A DNA stretch of 64,000 bases. Origin: Oxynema aestuarii AP17 (lineage in GTDB: Bacteria > Cyanobacteriota > Cyanobacteriia > Cyanobacteriales > Laspinemataceae). This document shows, in pieces, positions 62,527 through 64,000 of this stretch. Made by a program: the position numbers and the translations under genes. The notes under the pieces are model-generated. The model searched no databases and was not told where the DNA came from. It was given only the letters and a program-made list of their open reading frames with translations. Position 1 is the first letter of the stretch; each line of letters starts with the position of its first letter. The stretch is taken from positions 5,941,299-6,005,298 of the forward strand of contig NZ_CP051167.1 in the NCBI RefSeq assembly GCF_012295525.1. The letters run 5' to 3'.

Positions 62527-63117
62527 CTACAAAAATCGACTTAAATCGAACTCTTTTTGTCCGTGTTCGTCTTCCTTAAAACGTTCTCCAATCAACAACA
62601 ACGCTAACTTGTCGGAATAATCGATCGCCCCGCGCAGTTCCTCACGCAAGACCTCCAAACCTCCATTGGCGTATTCCTCGAAAATCTGACCGCGTTGAGC
62701 TTCCGCATTCGGATCCGTGGGTGAAATAATATTGGGGTTGCCGAGTTCGACGATCGCCAGTAACTTGAAGAGAAAATCATAGCCGCGCGAAATGAAAATT
62801 TCCGTCGGAATGGGGGAGGGTTCGCGCTTCGCCGCTTGTTGTACCGGGATCCGTTGGTGTCGCTTGGCGCCTAACGCCGCCGCAAAAGCTAACACGTCAG
62901 CATAAGTGGAAAAAGGCCCCTCTTTATTGTCGTCGTCGGTGAGGGCTTTGACTAATTCGGCTTTATCTTTCGCCACTTTAACGCGATAGGAACCCATGAG
63001 GATCGAAATCGGGCTGAACCGAAGGGCAGATGCAATAATAATATATTTACCATATTTGCCGTGATTGAGCATAAAATAGAGCGATCGCCTGTTTTGGCGA
63101 TCGCTCCGATATTGCAA
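62527..63117 (-). CDS. Hypothetical protein co-located with the PLD-helicase gene.
   Basis: An ORF of 196 aa with lower GC than the core genes. I recognise no family. Confidence 0.45.
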   Translation of the reverse strand: MQYRSDRQNRRSLYFMLNHGKYGKYIIIASALRFSPISILMGSYRVKVAKDKAELVKALTDDDNKEGPFSTYADVLAFAAALGAKRHQRIPVQQAAKREPSPIPTEIFISRGYDFLFKLLAIVELGNPNIISPTDPNAEAQRGQIFEEYANGGLEVLREELRGAIDYSDKLALLLIGERFKEDEHGQKEFDLSRFL

Positions 63118-63134
63118 CTCTCCTTTAGTTCGAC

Positions 63135-64000
63135 CTAACTCGATATGCGATACACGGCCACATCATCAACGATAAACTCCGTAGCCCACTGACCGTCATT
63201 ACTGCCGAGAGAGAAGAAAACGTAATCTAAATCCTGAAATTCCAGCCCGTAAGCTTTGTATGTCGCTACTGCACTTTGCGACCCCGCCCGATAGGCGAGA
63301 ATATCGCTCGCTTTGAGGTCGTCTACCCCCGGACTGGCATAATAACTAATCGATCCGTCCTCATTAAATGCCATTCCTAGGGTCCACCAACCCCCGCGCG
63401 TGTGGCGGCGATCGCTCGCAAAAGCATCCTCCCCTTTTTCATTCGCCCGAACTACAAACTGATAGGATTGTTCCCCAGCTTTATTGTTAAACCAAATCCA
63501 AATTCCCGGCCAATAATTCTCGCTTTTGCCATTTTTTTCGCCCGTCGCCCCGACGCGAAAACCGATGTGATACCCTTGGCGATTTTCCCATTCACTTAAT
63601 GGCGGTACGTAAATCCGGGTGACGACACTAACTCCCTTACCTTTTGCTAAATTAACACTCTGATTTCCCGGACGCAGTAACAAGTCATCTTGCTGCAATG
63701 TTCCTCGGGTTACATTGGGGGTCCCGCAGTCTTTAGTCGCCAATCTCAACGCATATTGACTGCCCGGTATACCGCCAGAAGGGGTGGGAACTTGTTCGAC
63801 AATATCCGGTTGTCCGCGTACTTGCCCTTCATGCCATTTATTATTCGTGGACTGACCGAAAGGAGCATTTTTGGCGGGGATTTCGTTGACCCAGCCGGAA
63901 CCGGGATTGTGGTAGCGATTGTAAACTTTGGGGGCGTTATAAGTGTAACTCCAGTTACGGTCTTCAAAATTGTCACTAAATGAATCTACACGGGTACCCG
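63135..64000 (-). CDS. Hypothetical protein, 5'-partial at the window edge.
   Basis: In-frame translation upstream of the listed 63749 start stays open to position 64000 (...YNRYHNPGSGWVNEIPAKNAPFGQSTNNKWHEGQVRGQPD...), so the gene continues beyond the window. The product is Gly/Asn/Trp-rich and probably a secreted beta-rich protein. Confidence 0.5.
   Translation of the reverse strand, partial: GTRVDSFSDNFEDRNWSYTYNAPKVYNRYHNPGSGWVNEIPAKNAPFGQSTNNKWHEGQVRGQPDIVEQVPTPSGGIPGSQYALRLATKDCGTPNVTRGTLQQDDLLLRPGNQSVNLAKGKGVSVVTRIYVPPLSEWENRQGYHIGFRVGATGEKNGKSENYWPGIWIWFNNKAGEQSYQFVVRANEKGEDAFASDRRHTRGGWWTLGMAFNEDGSISYYASPGVDDLKASDILAYRAGSQSAVATYKAYGLEFQDLDYVFFSLGSNDGQWATEFIVDDVAVYRISS

Noticed and set aside
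63746-63976. The 76-aa ORF listed on the minus strand.
   Set aside because: Its frame differs from the frame that stays open from the 63135 gene all the way to the window edge. The latter reads as genuine protein, so this ORF is a frame artefact.

Overview
This is a cyanobacterial chromosomal segment. The HIP1 octamer GCGATCGC is scattered throughout coding and non-coding DNA, and GC is roughly 55-58%. It also carries nblA, chlP, cpcT, sqdB-sqdX, an rpaA-like regulator and a CyaB-type cyclase. Most of the window is core housekeeping. A minus-strand outer-membrane/lipid A operon bamA(Omp85)-lpxC-fabZ-lpxA-lpxB is followed by purC. Lipid genes cdsA, plsY, mlaE and the sulfolipid pair sqdB-sqdX are present. 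Two oligopeptide-type ABC loci, anmK, apt, cbiT, mobA, a TrpD-like paralogue, a LysR regulator, a PP2C phosphatase, an ABC1 kinase and an Orn/Lys/Arg decarboxylase make up most of the rest. Accessory and mobile content consists of four elements. (1) An IS4-family insertion with 13-bp terminal inverted repeats and a 9-bp target-site duplication has split the 3' end of an OppB-type permease gene; the displaced native C-terminus is still readable downstream. (2) An IS200/IS605-type element carries tnpB only, with no tnpA, and holds an in-frame GC-rich nested-palindrome insertion. It abuts a truncated PLD-nuclease/helicase gene in a low-GC island at the right end of the window. (3) Two further TnpB relics are present: a miniature N-/C-terminus fusion element and an internal fragment. 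(4) A family of short tandem heptamer repeats (TCTAAAA/C and variants) sits directly upstream of several start codons, and a C6/G6 nested-palindrome repeat occurs both intergenically and inside tnpB. A block of four conserved hypothetical genes (36.2-41.0 kb, including a DUF4335/DUF3038-like pair) and the PLD-helicase island are the best candidates for uncharacterised systems. I found no CRISPR array, rRNA or convincing tRNA.
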